Of a stretch of 64,000 bases of DNA, positions 40,722-50,949 are shown piece after piece. The notes beneath the pieces were generated by a model. The model saw only the letters and a program-made list of their open reading frames with translations, was not told the origin of the DNA and did not search any database. Source of the stretch: an uncultured Chloroflexia bacterium (GTDB taxonomy: Bacteria; Chloroflexota; UBA6077; JACCZL01); the NCBI GenBank assembly GCA_963765765.1, contig CAVXYC010000010.1:224001-288000 (forward strand), in the 5' to 3' direction. Positions within the stretch are counted from its first letter, which is position 1, and each line of letters opens with the position of its first letter. The position numbers and the translations under genes are program-made.

Positions 40722-41750
40722 ATGAGTCGAAACCGCCTGATTGGCGTGGCGCTCACGCTGGTATTCCTCGGGCTAGCGTTCTATCGCGTCGATCTCGGTG
40801 AGATGGTTGGGGCGCTTCGAACAGCCAATTACTCGCTGCTTGCGCCCGCGGCGATCTGTACGCTGATGGGCTATCTCCTGCGTACCGTGCGCTGGCGACT
40901 CATCCTGTCTCAATCGGTTGAGATTCGATTTCCAACGCTGTTTGGAATCTTAATGATTGGGTTCGCAACGAACAATCTTGTGCCGGCTCGGTTGGGGGAG
41001 CTTGCCAGAGCGTATCTTGGCCGGCAGCGCACCGGGGTCCGAAAGACCTTTTTCATCGCGACGATATTTCTTGAGCGCGTGTTTGACGGTCTGGTGCTCA
41101 TTGTCATCTTGCTTGGCCTGTCCACCCGACTATCGTTGCCTGAGTGGGGCAAAGAGGTTCAGCTCGCCTCCACGCTCGTGTTCATAGGGCTCGCAGGTGG
41201 AATTGCATTCATATTGGCCCGTCAGCATCTCGCCCTGGCACTGTTTCGTCGCCTTGCCGGGCGGCTCCCGGATAGGTTCGGATTCTGGATCTCCAGTGCC
41301 TTTGAGATGTTTCTCATGGGGCTGGCGAGTATGCGTCGATTTCAGCGGGTCGGCGCAGTGGCTCTTATATCGTGCACAATATGGCTGCTGGAAGGCCTCT
41401 CTTACTATCTGCTGGCGCTTGGATTTGACCTGACGCTGAGCCCGCTCAGGCTTGTTGCAGCGGTCGCTCTACTCCTCGTTATGGTCAATCTCGGCATCAT
41501 GATCCCCTCGGCTCCGGGCTACGTGGGAACATTCCAATTCTTCGCAGTCTCCGCTCTCAGCGTTTTCGATGTGCCGCGCGAGACGGGGTTGGCGCTCGCC
41601 GTTGTGTCACACGTCATGCAGTACGTGCTCGTCACCACCATTGGCCTGTATTTCCTGGGCCGGGAGAACATTCGATTGGGAACCCTATTTCAATCTGACC
41701 CCGCGAGCTCAGAGGTTGGTGCTCCGCCGGCATCAAGCCGAGCTCAGTGA
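40722..41750 (+). CDS. Flippase-like membrane protein (LPG synthase TM / UPF0104)
   Basis: RW...NNLVPARLGELAR...ERVFD...PSAPGYVGTF. Confidence 0.88.
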   Translation: MSRNRLIGVALTLVFLGLAFYRVDLGEMVGALRTANYSLLAPAAICTLMGYLLRTVRWRLILSQSVEIRFPTLFGILMIGFATNNLVPARLGELARAYLGRQRTGVRKTFFIATIFLERVFDGLVLIVILLGLSTRLSLPEWGKEVQLASTLVFIGLAGGIAFILARQHLALALFRRLAGRLPDRFGFWISSAFEMFLMGLASMRRFQRVGAVALISCTIWLLEGLSYYLLALGFDLTLSPLRLVAAVALLLVMVNLGIMIPSAPGYVGTFQFFAVSALSVFDVPRETGLALAVVSHVMQYVLVTTIGLYFLGRENIRLGTLFQSDPASSEVGAPPASSRAQ

Positions 41751-42793
41751 AAGCGCGCATGATCCTGGGCGTGTTGTCCAGCTTAGCGTTCGTCGCGTTG
41801 CTCCTTCGCGGCGTTAACTTAGACGATCTCCTTCAGCACATCCTTTCGCTCAACGTGCTGTTCCTGATTCCAGCGATGGCGGTGTACTTTCTGGGAGTCT
41901 GGCTCCGATCCATCCGCTGGCGCCGCCTTCTGGAGCCGGTGGCGGACGTTCCGACATCGCGCCTCTTCGCGGTTGAGCTCATTGGATTCGGCGTCAACAA
42001 CGTCATGCCCGTTCGGTTGGGCGAGCTGGTGCGGGCATGGCTGCTCATGCGCTCGCACGGTGTTCGAGCGGCCGCCACGATAGGCTCGATCGTCGTTGAG
42101 CGAATTCTGGACGGCTTGTTCCTATGCATAATTCTCGTCGTTGGTCTGCTAAGTCTGCCGCTTGATGAATGGATGCGGCAGGGAGTCATCGTTGCGGCCA
42201 CGGTGTTCGGGCTCGGCACGCTCGGAATTGTTTTGGCCGCTATTGCGCCGCGACACATGGTGCGATTGTTGGAGCTTCTATTGCGTCCCGCCACTGAGCG
42301 TCTTCGCGCGCTGCTTCTGGGGCACGCGTCCGCCTTTCTCGATGGCTTCGCCGCGCTGGGACGAGGACCATCGTTGCTGGTGATACTGTTACTCACCGTC
42401 TCCGGCTGGGTGGCGGAGGCTTCCGTATATTGGCTGCTATTTATGGGATTCTCAATCCCGGCGGGGCTGGGAGGCGCCATGCTTGGCATGTCGGCGGCTA
42501 ACCTCGCTACTATCATCCCGTCATCTCCGGGGTATGTTGGTACGTTTCACTTACCGCTGCAGTCGGTGTTGACCGCGGGGTATGGCGTGCATCCGTCTGA
42601 GGCGGCGGCATATGCGATCGTCGCGCACGCAGTGCTTGTTCTCCCGATTGCAGCGCTTGGAATCATTCTCCTTGCGCGGGAAGGATTGAGCCTTTCCGCG
42701 GTTCAGCAGCGTGCGGGCAGGCTACGCCAGGAGCTCCGGGGCGTTCCCGTAGATGGCTCGCGTCCGGAGCAAGTGTCAGGTAACGTTCGTTGA
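41747..42793 (+). CDS. Flippase-like membrane protein (LPG synthase TM / UPF0104)
   Basis: RW...NNVMPVRLGELVR...ERILD...PSSPGYVGTF. Confidence 0.88.
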   Translation: MKARMILGVLSSLAFVALLLRGVNLDDLLQHILSLNVLFLIPAMAVYFLGVWLRSIRWRRLLEPVADVPTSRLFAVELIGFGVNNVMPVRLGELVRAWLLMRSHGVRAAATIGSIVVERILDGLFLCIILVVGLLSLPLDEWMRQGVIVAATVFGLGTLGIVLAAIAPRHMVRLLELLLRPATERLRALLLGHASAFLDGFAALGRGPSLLVILLLTVSGWVAEASVYWLLFMGFSIPAGLGGAMLGMSAANLATIIPSSPGYVGTFHLPLQSVLTAGYGVHPSEAAAYAIVAHAVLVLPIAALGIILLAREGLSLSAVQQRAGRLRQELRGVPVDGSRPEQVSGNVR

Positions 42794-42853
42794 GTGTGAA
42801 TTGCATTGCGTCTCTCGCGGGGCGGATACGGATCGTAAGAGGGAAGGTGTAAG

Positions 42854-44227
42854 TTGTCGACTATCTGCGTAATCGGCACCGGATATGTAGGGCTGGTCAC
42901 TGGCGCTTGCTTGGCTGACCTCGGTAACGACGTCACGTGCGTTGATATCGACGAGGCAAAGGTTGCGCGGCTCAATGCCGGACACATTCCCATTTACGAG
43001 CCAGGACTCGAGGAAGTTGTCGGGCGCAATGTGCGCGCGGGCCGACTCCATTTCACGTCCTCGTACGCGAGTGCCGTCCCACCAGCTCAGTTCATCTACA
43101 TCGCTGTGAATACGCCGGCTGGCCAGGCGGGCGAAGCCGACATGTCGCAGGCTCGCTCAGCCACACAGAGCATCGCGAAGCACCTGAGCCCGGACGCGAT
43201 GATTATCAACAAGAGCACGATGCCCATTGGCACGGGCGATTGGGTCACGATGATGGTGGGACGCTACGTGGAGGGGCGCGTGCCTTTCCACGTCGTTTCC
43301 AACCCAGAGTTTCTCCGTGAAGGCTCGGCCATCGTCGACTTCATGAATCCCGATCGCGTCGTTCTGGGGTCAACCGATCCTGAAGCCGCAAAAATCGTGG
43401 CTGAGCTGTACGTACCACTCAACGCTCCGATCATGATCACCGACCTGCGAACCGCCGAAATGATCAAGTACGCCTCCAATGCCTTCCTGGCCACAAAGAT
43501 CAGCTTCATCAACGAGATGGCGGCGATCTGTGAGCGGCTTGGCGCCGACGTGAAGGAAGTTGCTCGAGGCATGGGCCTGGACAAGCGCGTCGGTCCCGCG
43601 TTTCTCGAAGCGGGCGTTGGTTATGGCGGATCGTGTTTCCCCAAGGACATCATGGCGCTTGCCCACATGGCCGCGGTGCACGGTTGTCATCCGCAGCTTC
43701 TCCGAGCGGTGATGGACATCAACCACGACGCACGCCGTAGCGTGCTTATCAAGATCCGCGAGGGGCTCGGCTCCCTCGAAGACCGCCGTATCGGCGTACT
43801 CGGTCTGGCGTTCAAGCCCAACACCGACGACCTTCGTGAGGCGCCGGCGCTCGAGATCATTCACCTCCTGGTGCAGGAGGGCGCGCACGTGCAGGCATTC
43901 GATCCAGCGGCGATGGAGAAGGCTCAAGGCATGCTGCCGTCGGTCCACATGTGCAGCGATGCCTACGAGGTTGCAGCGGGGGCCCATGCCCTCATACTCA
44001 TGACCGATTGGAACGAGTTCAAATCGCTCAATATGCGTCGATTGAAGGACTCCATGCTCTATCCACTGCTCATCGACGGTCGCAACATCTACGACCCGCA
44101 GGAGATGGCAGCGCTCGGGTTTCACTACCGAGGCATGGGCCGTGGCTACGATACCGCGCAATCGTCAAACGGGAACGGAGCCGCGAGTGCGGATGTCGTG
44201 GAGGCGTCCCGGTCTATTAAAGTCTAA
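42854..44227 (+). CDS. ugd: UDP-glucose 6-dehydrogenase
   Basis: [34 protein letters not shown]. Confidence 0.93.
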   Translation: MSTICVIGTGYVGLVTGACLADLGNDVTCVDIDEAKVARLNAGHIPIYEPGLEEVVGRNVRAGRLHFTSSYASAVPPAQFIYIAVNTPAGQAGEADMSQARSATQSIAKHLSPDAMIINKSTMPIGTGDWVTMMVGRYVEGRVPFHVVSNPEFLREGSAIVDFMNPDRVVLGSTDPEAAKIVAELYVPLNAPIMITDLRTAEMIKYASNAFLATKISFINEMAAICERLGADVKEVARGMGLDKRVGPAFLEAGVGYGGSCFPKDIMALAHMAAVHGCHPQLLRAVMDINHDARRSVLIKIREGLGSLEDRRIGVLGLAFKPNTDDLREAPALEIIHLLVQEGAHVQAFDPAAMEKAQGMLPSVHMCSDAYEVAAGAHALILMTDWNEFKSLNMRRLKDSMLYPLLIDGRNIYDPQEMAALGFHYRGMGRGYDTAQSSNGNGAASADVVEASRSIKV

Positions 44228-44498
44228 TTTTGCCCGGTACGATACGGGTGTCTAGCACTTTCCTCATCGGATCTCAGCGTGAGGTTCTACGGAGAGACTG
44301 ATAGGGCGTTCGGCGTTCGAGATGGCCGTTTCCGGCCCAGAATGGCGAAACTCGATGCTCCCTTGGTGCTCATGGCGTCCGAACCTGATCCTGGTTTTCG
44401 CTCAGGCGCCACACTTGCCTCAGTCACCTGGCCGATGTATTTCGGCATACGCGGCGCTAAGCTAAGAGTGCGGACTCCCACGTTGAGGCACCGAGGCC

Positions 44499-44975
44499 AT
44501 GAGCCAATTGACCACGGAAGAGAAACTTGGGCTCGTCGTGCGGGCGCAGGTGGCCCAAATTCGCGCGGCAGAAGCGACGCAACGAGCCAGCGTACTCCAA
44601 CGACGCATGAATGCACTGCTGCGCACGCTCGAGCGATTCCACCGACTCCATGACCGAGAGGCTGATCTGCGCGATGTGATGGACCGTGACGCGGTTCAGC
44701 GTCTGTGTCGCAGCCGCGACCCTGAAGCGACATCGCCTGAGATAGCTCGATTGGCGGGCGAGGCGCTCGAGCAGGCCACCAAAGCCAGAGAGGCCGCCAG
44801 AGAAGCACTTGTCGTGATTAAAGCAAACTTGAGTCCTGGATCAGGCGAAACGGTCGTGGACTGGGTAGGCGTATCGCGTGAGACGATTGAGCAGAGGCTG
44901 ATCCGGGCGCTCGCGGAAGAGCCTTCTGAGACTAATTCAGGGGGCGGCGTTGCATTCGCCGCAGCGTCGCGCTAA
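44499..44975 (+). CDS. Hypothetical alpha-helical protein
   Basis: 158-aa ORF with GAGG RBS; A/E/R/L-rich helical pattern. Confidence 0.6.
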   Translation: MSQLTTEEKLGLVVRAQVAQIRAAEATQRASVLQRRMNALLRTLERFHRLHDREADLRDVMDRDAVQRLCRSRDPEATSPEIARLAGEALEQATKAREAAREALVVIKANLSPGSGETVVDWVGVSRETIEQRLIRALAEEPSETNSGGGVAFAAASR

Positions 44976-45132
44976 TTCAGCTTGACGTTGACGGATCCCG
45001 GCGACACTTGCCGTCCCAATTAACAGCCGACCCGGCCATGATGCAATGACGAGAACTTGATCTTCGCGGGTTCGCACGATCGAGTGCGAAACGGGCCTCT
45101 TGCGCTTGAGTTTCCTGCGTGGACCACGTGAC

Positions 45133-45347
45133 TCAATTCTCGCGCAGAAGGTCCGCCAGCTCGCGGGGTGTGAGCCCGCAGACGTGCGCGATCTGTAAGG
45201 GCTTCCTTACCGAAAGCTCCTGGAGATCATCTGACTCCAACGCCTCAGGGAGAACGTCCTCGACCTTGTCGGCTTCCCCGGAGTCAAGTCCGTCTCGGAA
45301 GAACCGCCCAGGCCGTTGGAGTCCGAATCTAGCGAATCCTTATACAT
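45133..45347 (-). CDS. Small acidic hypothetical protein (~71 aa if one G is restored in a G run near 45277-45280)
   Basis: ATG 45347 with GGGAG RBS; joined reading MYKDSLDSDSNGLGGSSETDLTPG-EADKVEDVLPEALESDDLQELSVRKPLQIAHVCGLTPRELADLLREN*. Confidence 0.45.
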
Positions 45348-45526
45348 GTACTCCCATAGTGCCGAATCCGCCGGAATGGATAGCTGTCTTGATCACAATA
45401 CATAATGTGGCTCAGCTACCTGAATGGGCCAGACAAACGCCGCGAGAACTCCTTGGCAAGGCTCCGAAGCTCTACCTGTTCCCACCGGGTATACTCGCCT
45501 CAAGATTGCCCCGGTAGGTCCCTCCT

Positions 45527-48201
45527 TTGCATCAGCACGTCGCTGACCAGCTCAGTTTTGGCGGCTCTGAGTTCGTTCCGATGTCGCCCCTTCGGCGGCA
45601 GTATCTCGACATAAAACAGCGTTACCCCGACGCGCTCTTGCTGTTTCGGCTGGGCGATTTCTACGAGACGTTCGATGAGGATGCGAAGACCGCGTCCAGC
45701 GTGCTGGAGATCGTACTCACGCAGCGAGACATGGGGCAGGGCGCTCGTGTGCCAATGGCGGGCATTCCATTCCACGCCGCGGACACATACATCGGTCGGT
45801 TGCTTGATGCAGGTCAGCGGGTGGCGATGTGCGAGCAGATTGGCGAGTCGGCGGTGCGCGGCCTCATGGAGCGGCAGGTCGTACGTGTCCTGTCGCCCGG
45901 GACGATCGTCGAAGAGCACCTCCTGCACTCGCCGGCCAATAATTTCCTCGTCGCGCTGGTGTTCGGGGAAAACTCAGTCGGCCTCGCGGCAGCGGAAGTG
46001 AGCACGGGCGTTCTGACATGCACCATGGCTCAGGGAGTGGGTTGGCAAGAGCTCATCCAGGCTGAGCTCGCTCGACTGGCCCCGGCCGAGTGTGTCACCG
46101 TGGACGATAGCGTCTCCCAGGCCAGAGACCTTGTGCCCGAAGGTTGCCGTGTAACGGCTCGACCGACATCTGACCTCTCGGATCGGAACGTCCTGGCACG
46201 TCTAAGAGATCATTTCAGCGTCCCATCGCTGCAGCCTCTCGGGCTGGACCAGGAGCCGATCGCGGCCCGCGCGGTTGCGCTGGCGGTCGGATATGTGGCC
46301 GATACCGTACCTGGCGCCCTGGCAACACTCGATCGACTCCAGAGCTACTCACTGAGTCGCTACATGATGCTCGATAGCGGAACGCGTCGGAATCTGGAGC
46401 TTACGGCCAGTCTGCGTTCCGGCGGCAAAGAGGGTTCCGTGCTGGGTGTACTCGATCAGACCTGCACGGCCATGGGGGCTCGCTGCGTGCGTCGCTGGCT
46501 GACCCAGCCTCTGCTGGACACCGCCGAGATCTCGAACCGACATGACAAGGTCGAAGCTCTCGTTTCCGGATCGCTCGTCAGGGCACGCCTCCGAGAGGCG
46601 CTCGACGACATTCCCGATCTCGAGCGACTGAGCACTCGGCTCGCTCAAGCGACCTTGGGCCCGCGCGGCCTCTTGGCCCTGGCGGATGGATTGGTGCGGC
46701 TTCGCGACGTCGTCACAGAGACTCAAGAGGTTCCGCTGCTTTCCTCCGCGGCTGAGATGCTCACAGGATTCGATGAGCAAGTCGAGGAAGTTCGATCAAC
46801 AATCGCCGACGATCCGCCCGCCGTCTTGAATCCGGGGACGATTCGGAGTGGCGTTTCACGTGAGCTGGATGAGCTGCGGGCTCTCGTCGGCGACACGCGC
46901 TCCTGGATAGCCACGCTGGAGGGACAGGAGCGCGAACGCAGCGGAGTAAAGAGCTTGAAAGTCGGGTATAACCGGGTGTTCGGTTATTACTTGGAAGTCA
47001 GCCAGGCAATACTAGCCCAGTCAACTGACTACTATCAACGTGAGCAAACTGGTGCCGAGAACGTCGGCGATCACCTCGCAAAGCTCGGCTACACGCGCAA
47101 GCAGACGCTGACCAATGCCGAACGATACGTCACCCGCGATCTCGAAGAGTACGAGAAGCGCGCCTCGACGGCGCAGGATGAAGTGGATCGACTGGAACGT
47201 CGACTCTTCGGCAGTCTGCTGGCTGACCTCGGAGAACATGCTCGGCGCATCGCAGACGCTGGCGCCGCGATCGGTGAGATCGATGCGCTAGCCTCGTTTG
47301 CCGACGTGGCCACACGTCAGCGCTTCACTCGCCCCGACCTCGTCGAGGATGCGACGCTTGAGCTGGAGGGGGCGCGACATCCGGTGGTGGAGGGGACGCT
47401 CGGATTCGGTGAGTTCACACCCAATGACATCACGCTGGACGATGAGCGTGGGCGCATCATGCTTGTGACCGGTCCCAACATGGCTGGCAAGAGCACCTTT
47501 CTTCGCCAGGTGGCCATTGCAACGATTCTGGCTCAGGTTGGCTCGTTCGTTCCGGCGACTTATGCGCGTATCGGAATCACTGATCGCGTTTTCACCAGGA
47601 TCGGTGCTCAAGACGATCTGGCGGGACGACAGAGCACGTTCATGGTAGAGATGGTGGAGACGGCTCAGATCTTGCGCGGCGCCACGTCTCGGAGCCTTGT
47701 CATCCTGGATGAGGTGGGACGTGGCACGAGCACGCACGATGGTCGGGCGGTAGCGCAGGCGGTGCTCGAGTACATCCACGATGATCCGCGACTGCGCTGT
47801 AGGACGCTGTTTGCCACGCACTATCATGAGCTGGCTGATTTAGCTGAACAACTCGCCGGCCTTCAGCCCGTCCGACTGGAAGTGCTAGAGCAAGGCGCCG
47901 AGGTCATCTTCCTTCATCGCGTGGTGCCCGGCGGGGCTGACCGCAGTTATGGCGTGTACGTTGCCCGACTCGCCGGCGTTCCCGCACCGGTGGCCAACCG
48001 TGCGCAGGAGATTCTGGACGAGCTGGAGTCCGGCTCAGCTCGACCGACCGCGGCGCCGGCCTCGCGAGGCCACCTCACCGAGAACCGGCAGTGCGACGCC
48101 TGAGGACGCTGGAGCCAATGCACCTGACGCCGCTGCAGGCGCTGGAGGAGCTCATCGTGCTCCAAACGATGGCGAATGAGGACGCCGCGGAGAGACCGTG
48201 A
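45527..48201 (+). CDS. mutS: DNA mismatch repair protein MutS; apparent frameshift near 48060-48080
   Basis: FRLGDFYE, TGPNMAGKST, STFMVEM, DEVGRGT; the shifted frame gives the conserved tail LEPMHLTPLQALEEL, ending in TGA 48199-48201 that overlaps the mutL GTG. Confidence 0.95.
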
Positions 48202-49820
48202 CGATCTCCGGACTCTCGGGCGACATCCGCGTCCTGGCACCCTCGGTGGCCGCGCGCATCGCGGCCGGCGAAGTGGTGGAACGCCCCGCCTCGGCCGTCA
48301 AGGAGCTCATCGAGAACGCGCTCGACGCGCAGGCGCGACGCATTGAAATCGACGTGGATGGTGGCGGCATTGACCGCCTGGTCGTCGCCGATGATGGTGT
48401 TGGCATCTCATCTGACCAGCTCACGACCGCATTTCAGCGTTACGCTACCAGCAAGCTGCGAGACGATGAAGAGCTTGCGAGCATAGGCACACTCGGTTTC
48501 CGGGGCGAGGCGCTCCCGAGCATCGCCGCCGTCTCGCACACGACGTGCATCACACGCACGGCAGCGGAGGCCGCTGCAACGCGTCTAACCGTGAGCTACG
48601 GACAGCCCGGCGAGATCTCCAGAATGGCGCGAGGCGTGGGCACCACCATCATCGTTGAAGATCTCTTCCAGCAGACGCCGGCGCGACGCAAGTTCCTTCG
48701 CGGACGAACCGCGGAGGCCGGGGCTATCAGCCAGGTCGTCCAGCAGCTCGCGCTCACGAGGGCCGACGTTTCCTTTACGCTTCGAATAGATGGTCGAGTT
48801 ACCTTCGAAAGCTCCGGAGACGGCGATCTGAGTCGCGTGTCGGCGACCGTGCTGGGTGTCTCGAATATTGCGCTGCTCCTGGCTGTCGTCGGCGACGATG
48901 GGCCGTCGCGAGCGTCCGTGTCCGGCCTGCTCGGTCACGCGATGCTCCATCGACCAACGCGCGGTGGGATCACCTTCATCGTGAACGGTCGGTGGGTTCA
49001 GAGTCGGCCGCTCAACTTTGCCGTCGAAGAGGCGTGCCGTACCTGGACGCCGACTGGACGATTCCCCATCGCCGTATTGAAACTCGATCTGCCGGCCGCG
49101 GAAGTGGATGTGAACGTGCATCCGCGGAAGACGGAAGTGCGTTTTCAGCGTGAACGAGCCGTGTTTGCGCTGATCCAACGTGCCGTCTATGAAGCCGTGC
49201 TGGCAGCCCAGAATGACGAAGCTGCTCACGGCATGCTGCACGATGAGCATGATGCTGAGCGGCCGCTCCGGGTAGTGGGCCAGGCTGCCCAGACGTACAT
49301 CATCGCCGAGGGCGAGCACGGGCTCTACCTGGTGGATCAGCATGCCGCGCACGAGAGGGTGATGCTGGAACGGATACTGGAGAACGGCAGGCAGCGGGCA
49401 CTGCAGTTTCTCATGGAGCCGGCAGTGGTCCCCTTCTCGGCCGGACCTGGCGGAACGCTCGACGAGACCGTATCGGAGCTCGGCTCGCTCGGATACGAAT
49501 GTGAGCCATTCGGCAATGATGCGCTGCTGGTGCGTTCGATTCCGGCGGCGCTTGTCGAGCGACAGCCGCTGCGGGTGCTGGGCGATACGTTGGAGGAGCT
49601 CAGTCGTCGGCCACGCGCCACCGACTGGCGTCAGCTCATCGCTGTGCGACTAGCCTGCCACAGCGCCGTACGGGCCGGTGACGCGCTCGAGCCTACGGAG
49701 ATGCAAGCGCTGGTTCAGCAGCTCGGCGAAGCGGAGATCTGTGGCGCCTGCGCCCACGGTCGGCCCACGGCGATCCTGATGAGCCACGAGGATCTCGAGC
49801 GACAGTTTGGTCGGCGGTGA
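48198..49820 (+). CDS. mutL: DNA mismatch repair endonuclease MutL (short linker)
   Basis: IAAGEVVERP, GFRGEAL, DVNVHPRK, DQHAAHERV, ACH, CAHGRP. Confidence 0.95.
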   Translation: MTISGLSGDIRVLAPSVAARIAAGEVVERPASAVKELIENALDAQARRIEIDVDGGGIDRLVVADDGVGISSDQLTTAFQRYATSKLRDDEELASIGTLGFRGEALPSIAAVSHTTCITRTAAEAAATRLTVSYGQPGEISRMARGVGTTIIVEDLFQQTPARRKFLRGRTAEAGAISQVVQQLALTRADVSFTLRIDGRVTFESSGDGDLSRVSATVLGVSNIALLLAVVGDDGPSRASVSGLLGHAMLHRPTRGGITFIVNGRWVQSRPLNFAVEEACRTWTPTGRFPIAVLKLDLPAAEVDVNVHPRKTEVRFQRERAVFALIQRAVYEAVLAAQNDEAAHGMLHDEHDAERPLRVVGQAAQTYIIAEGEHGLYLVDQHAAHERVMLERILENGRQRALQFLMEPAVVPFSAGPGGTLDETVSELGSLGYECEPFGNDALLVRSIPAALVERQPLRVLGDTLEELSRRPRATDWRQLIAVRLACHSAVRAGDALEPTEMQALVQQLGEAEICGACAHGRPTAILMSHEDLERQFGRR

Positions 49821-50452
49821 GTGTGGTGCCCGTGAGCGGCTCCAAGGGTCAGGGCAAGTCGCTAATGACCCAGACCGACTATGATTTTGAGACTCTTCCG
49901 GATCTTCTCCGCCCCGGACTGCAGCTTGTCTTCGTTGGGATCAATCCAAGCGTTTACTCAGTTCAGCGTAGTCACTACTTCGCGCGATCAACCAGTCGAT
50001 TCTGGCCGGCATTTTCCCGATCGAAATTGAGTCAGCCTGTACGCATGGCCCTTGGCCGGGAAATGCTCGGATTCGAGGACGACGTGCGTCTGCTCGATTT
50101 CGGCATCGGCTTCACCGATGTGGTCAAGACTCCCAGCAGTAACGCTGCATCGCTTAAGCGCTCGGATTACGCTCTATGGGCCCCGCGTCTCACGGAGCGG
50201 CTGGTGTGGTGTGACGCCTCAATGGTGTGCTTTCATGGCGTCACTGGCTACCGCGCATTTGCCCGATACGCACTCGACTCGCCCAAGGAGCCCACGCCAC
50301 TGGGATTACAGGAGCGCATGCTCGGAAACGCGCGAATCTTCCTGGCGCCAAACCCCAGTCCAGCAAACGCGCACTTCCGCGTGGAAGACCAGACGCGTTT
50401 CTACGATGAGCTGAGCGACCTCCTCGAGACGGAACAGAGCCGCATCCCGTAA
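49817..50452 (+). CDS. mug: Mismatch-specific uracil/thymine DNA glycosylase (MUG/TDG family)
   Basis: LPDLLRPGLQLVFVGINPS...HYFA...RFW...GFTDVV...PNPSPAN; start is GTG 49817 or ATG 49865. Confidence 0.85.
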   Translation: MSVVPVSGSKGQGKSLMTQTDYDFETLPDLLRPGLQLVFVGINPSVYSVQRSHYFARSTSRFWPAFSRSKLSQPVRMALGREMLGFEDDVRLLDFGIGFTDVVKTPSSNAASLKRSDYALWAPRLTERLVWCDASMVCFHGVTGYRAFARYALDSPKEPTPLGLQERMLGNARIFLAPNPSPANAHFRVEDQTRFYDELSDLLETEQSRIP

Positions 50453-50531
50453 GGGTGCGGTTCCTCTCGCGATATCAGCATCCGCGGAGCGTTCGCGAGA
50501 GGAACCGCACCCTTACGGGATGCGGCTCTGT
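50434..50531. repeat. Perfect 39-bp inverted repeat with 20-nt loop (REP-like)
   Basis: ACAGAGCCGCATCCCGTAAGGGTGCGGTTCCTCTCGCGA (50434-50472) and its exact reverse complement at 50493-50531. Confidence 0.85.
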
Positions 50532-50549
50532 CGTAGCTGCGCTGACAGC

Positions 50550-50584
50550 AAAACGGGCGGCTCACTCAGGTGAGCCGCCCGTTT
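50550..50584 (-). terminator. Intrinsic terminator of ssrA
   Basis: AAACGGGCGGCTCAC / GTGAGCCGCCCGTTT stem directly after the CCA end. Confidence 0.8.
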
Positions 50585-50587
50585 CAT

Positions 50588-50944
50588 TGGTGGAGACGGA
50601 GGGGAGTCGAACCCCTCGTCCAGAGCAATTCTGTCGGAGATATGCTACAAGCGTAGTCGGCGGATTACTCCTCGCGCCCCAAGCCTCCGTCGACCGGGCT
50701 TCGGGTCGCCAGATCACTAGTCTTAACTACCTCTTAGCGATCAGTCTGAGATAGAGCACCCTGACTTAGGTGACACCCGATTCCAGCCCGCCAAGGTGAG
50801 GCTGAGAGGGCGCTCACAGGTCTTACGCTGCGAGAGCTTGAGGTCGTTCGCCATTTAAATGGCTTGCCACGGGATTATCGAGGTACGTAGCCTCCTCGGC
50901 CTGCAATCTCCTAACGTCCTCCCCTGTCGAAAACCCAGCGCCCC
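50588..50944 (-). ncRNA. ssrA: tmRNA; tag peptide (A)GERPQALAA*
   Basis: 5' GGGGCG...TTCGAC; 3' GGGGTTCGACTCCCCTCCGTCTCCACCA; TAAAT resume context then GGC GAA CGA CCT CAA GCT CTC GCA GCG TAA (50852-50823); adjacent to smpB. Confidence 0.95.
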
Positions 50945-50949
50945 AAAAA

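Noticed and set aside
45119-45517. 132-aa + strand ORF upstream of mutS
   Set aside because: It has no RBS or motif, overlaps the better-supported small minus-strand ORF, and spans the likely mutS -10 box.
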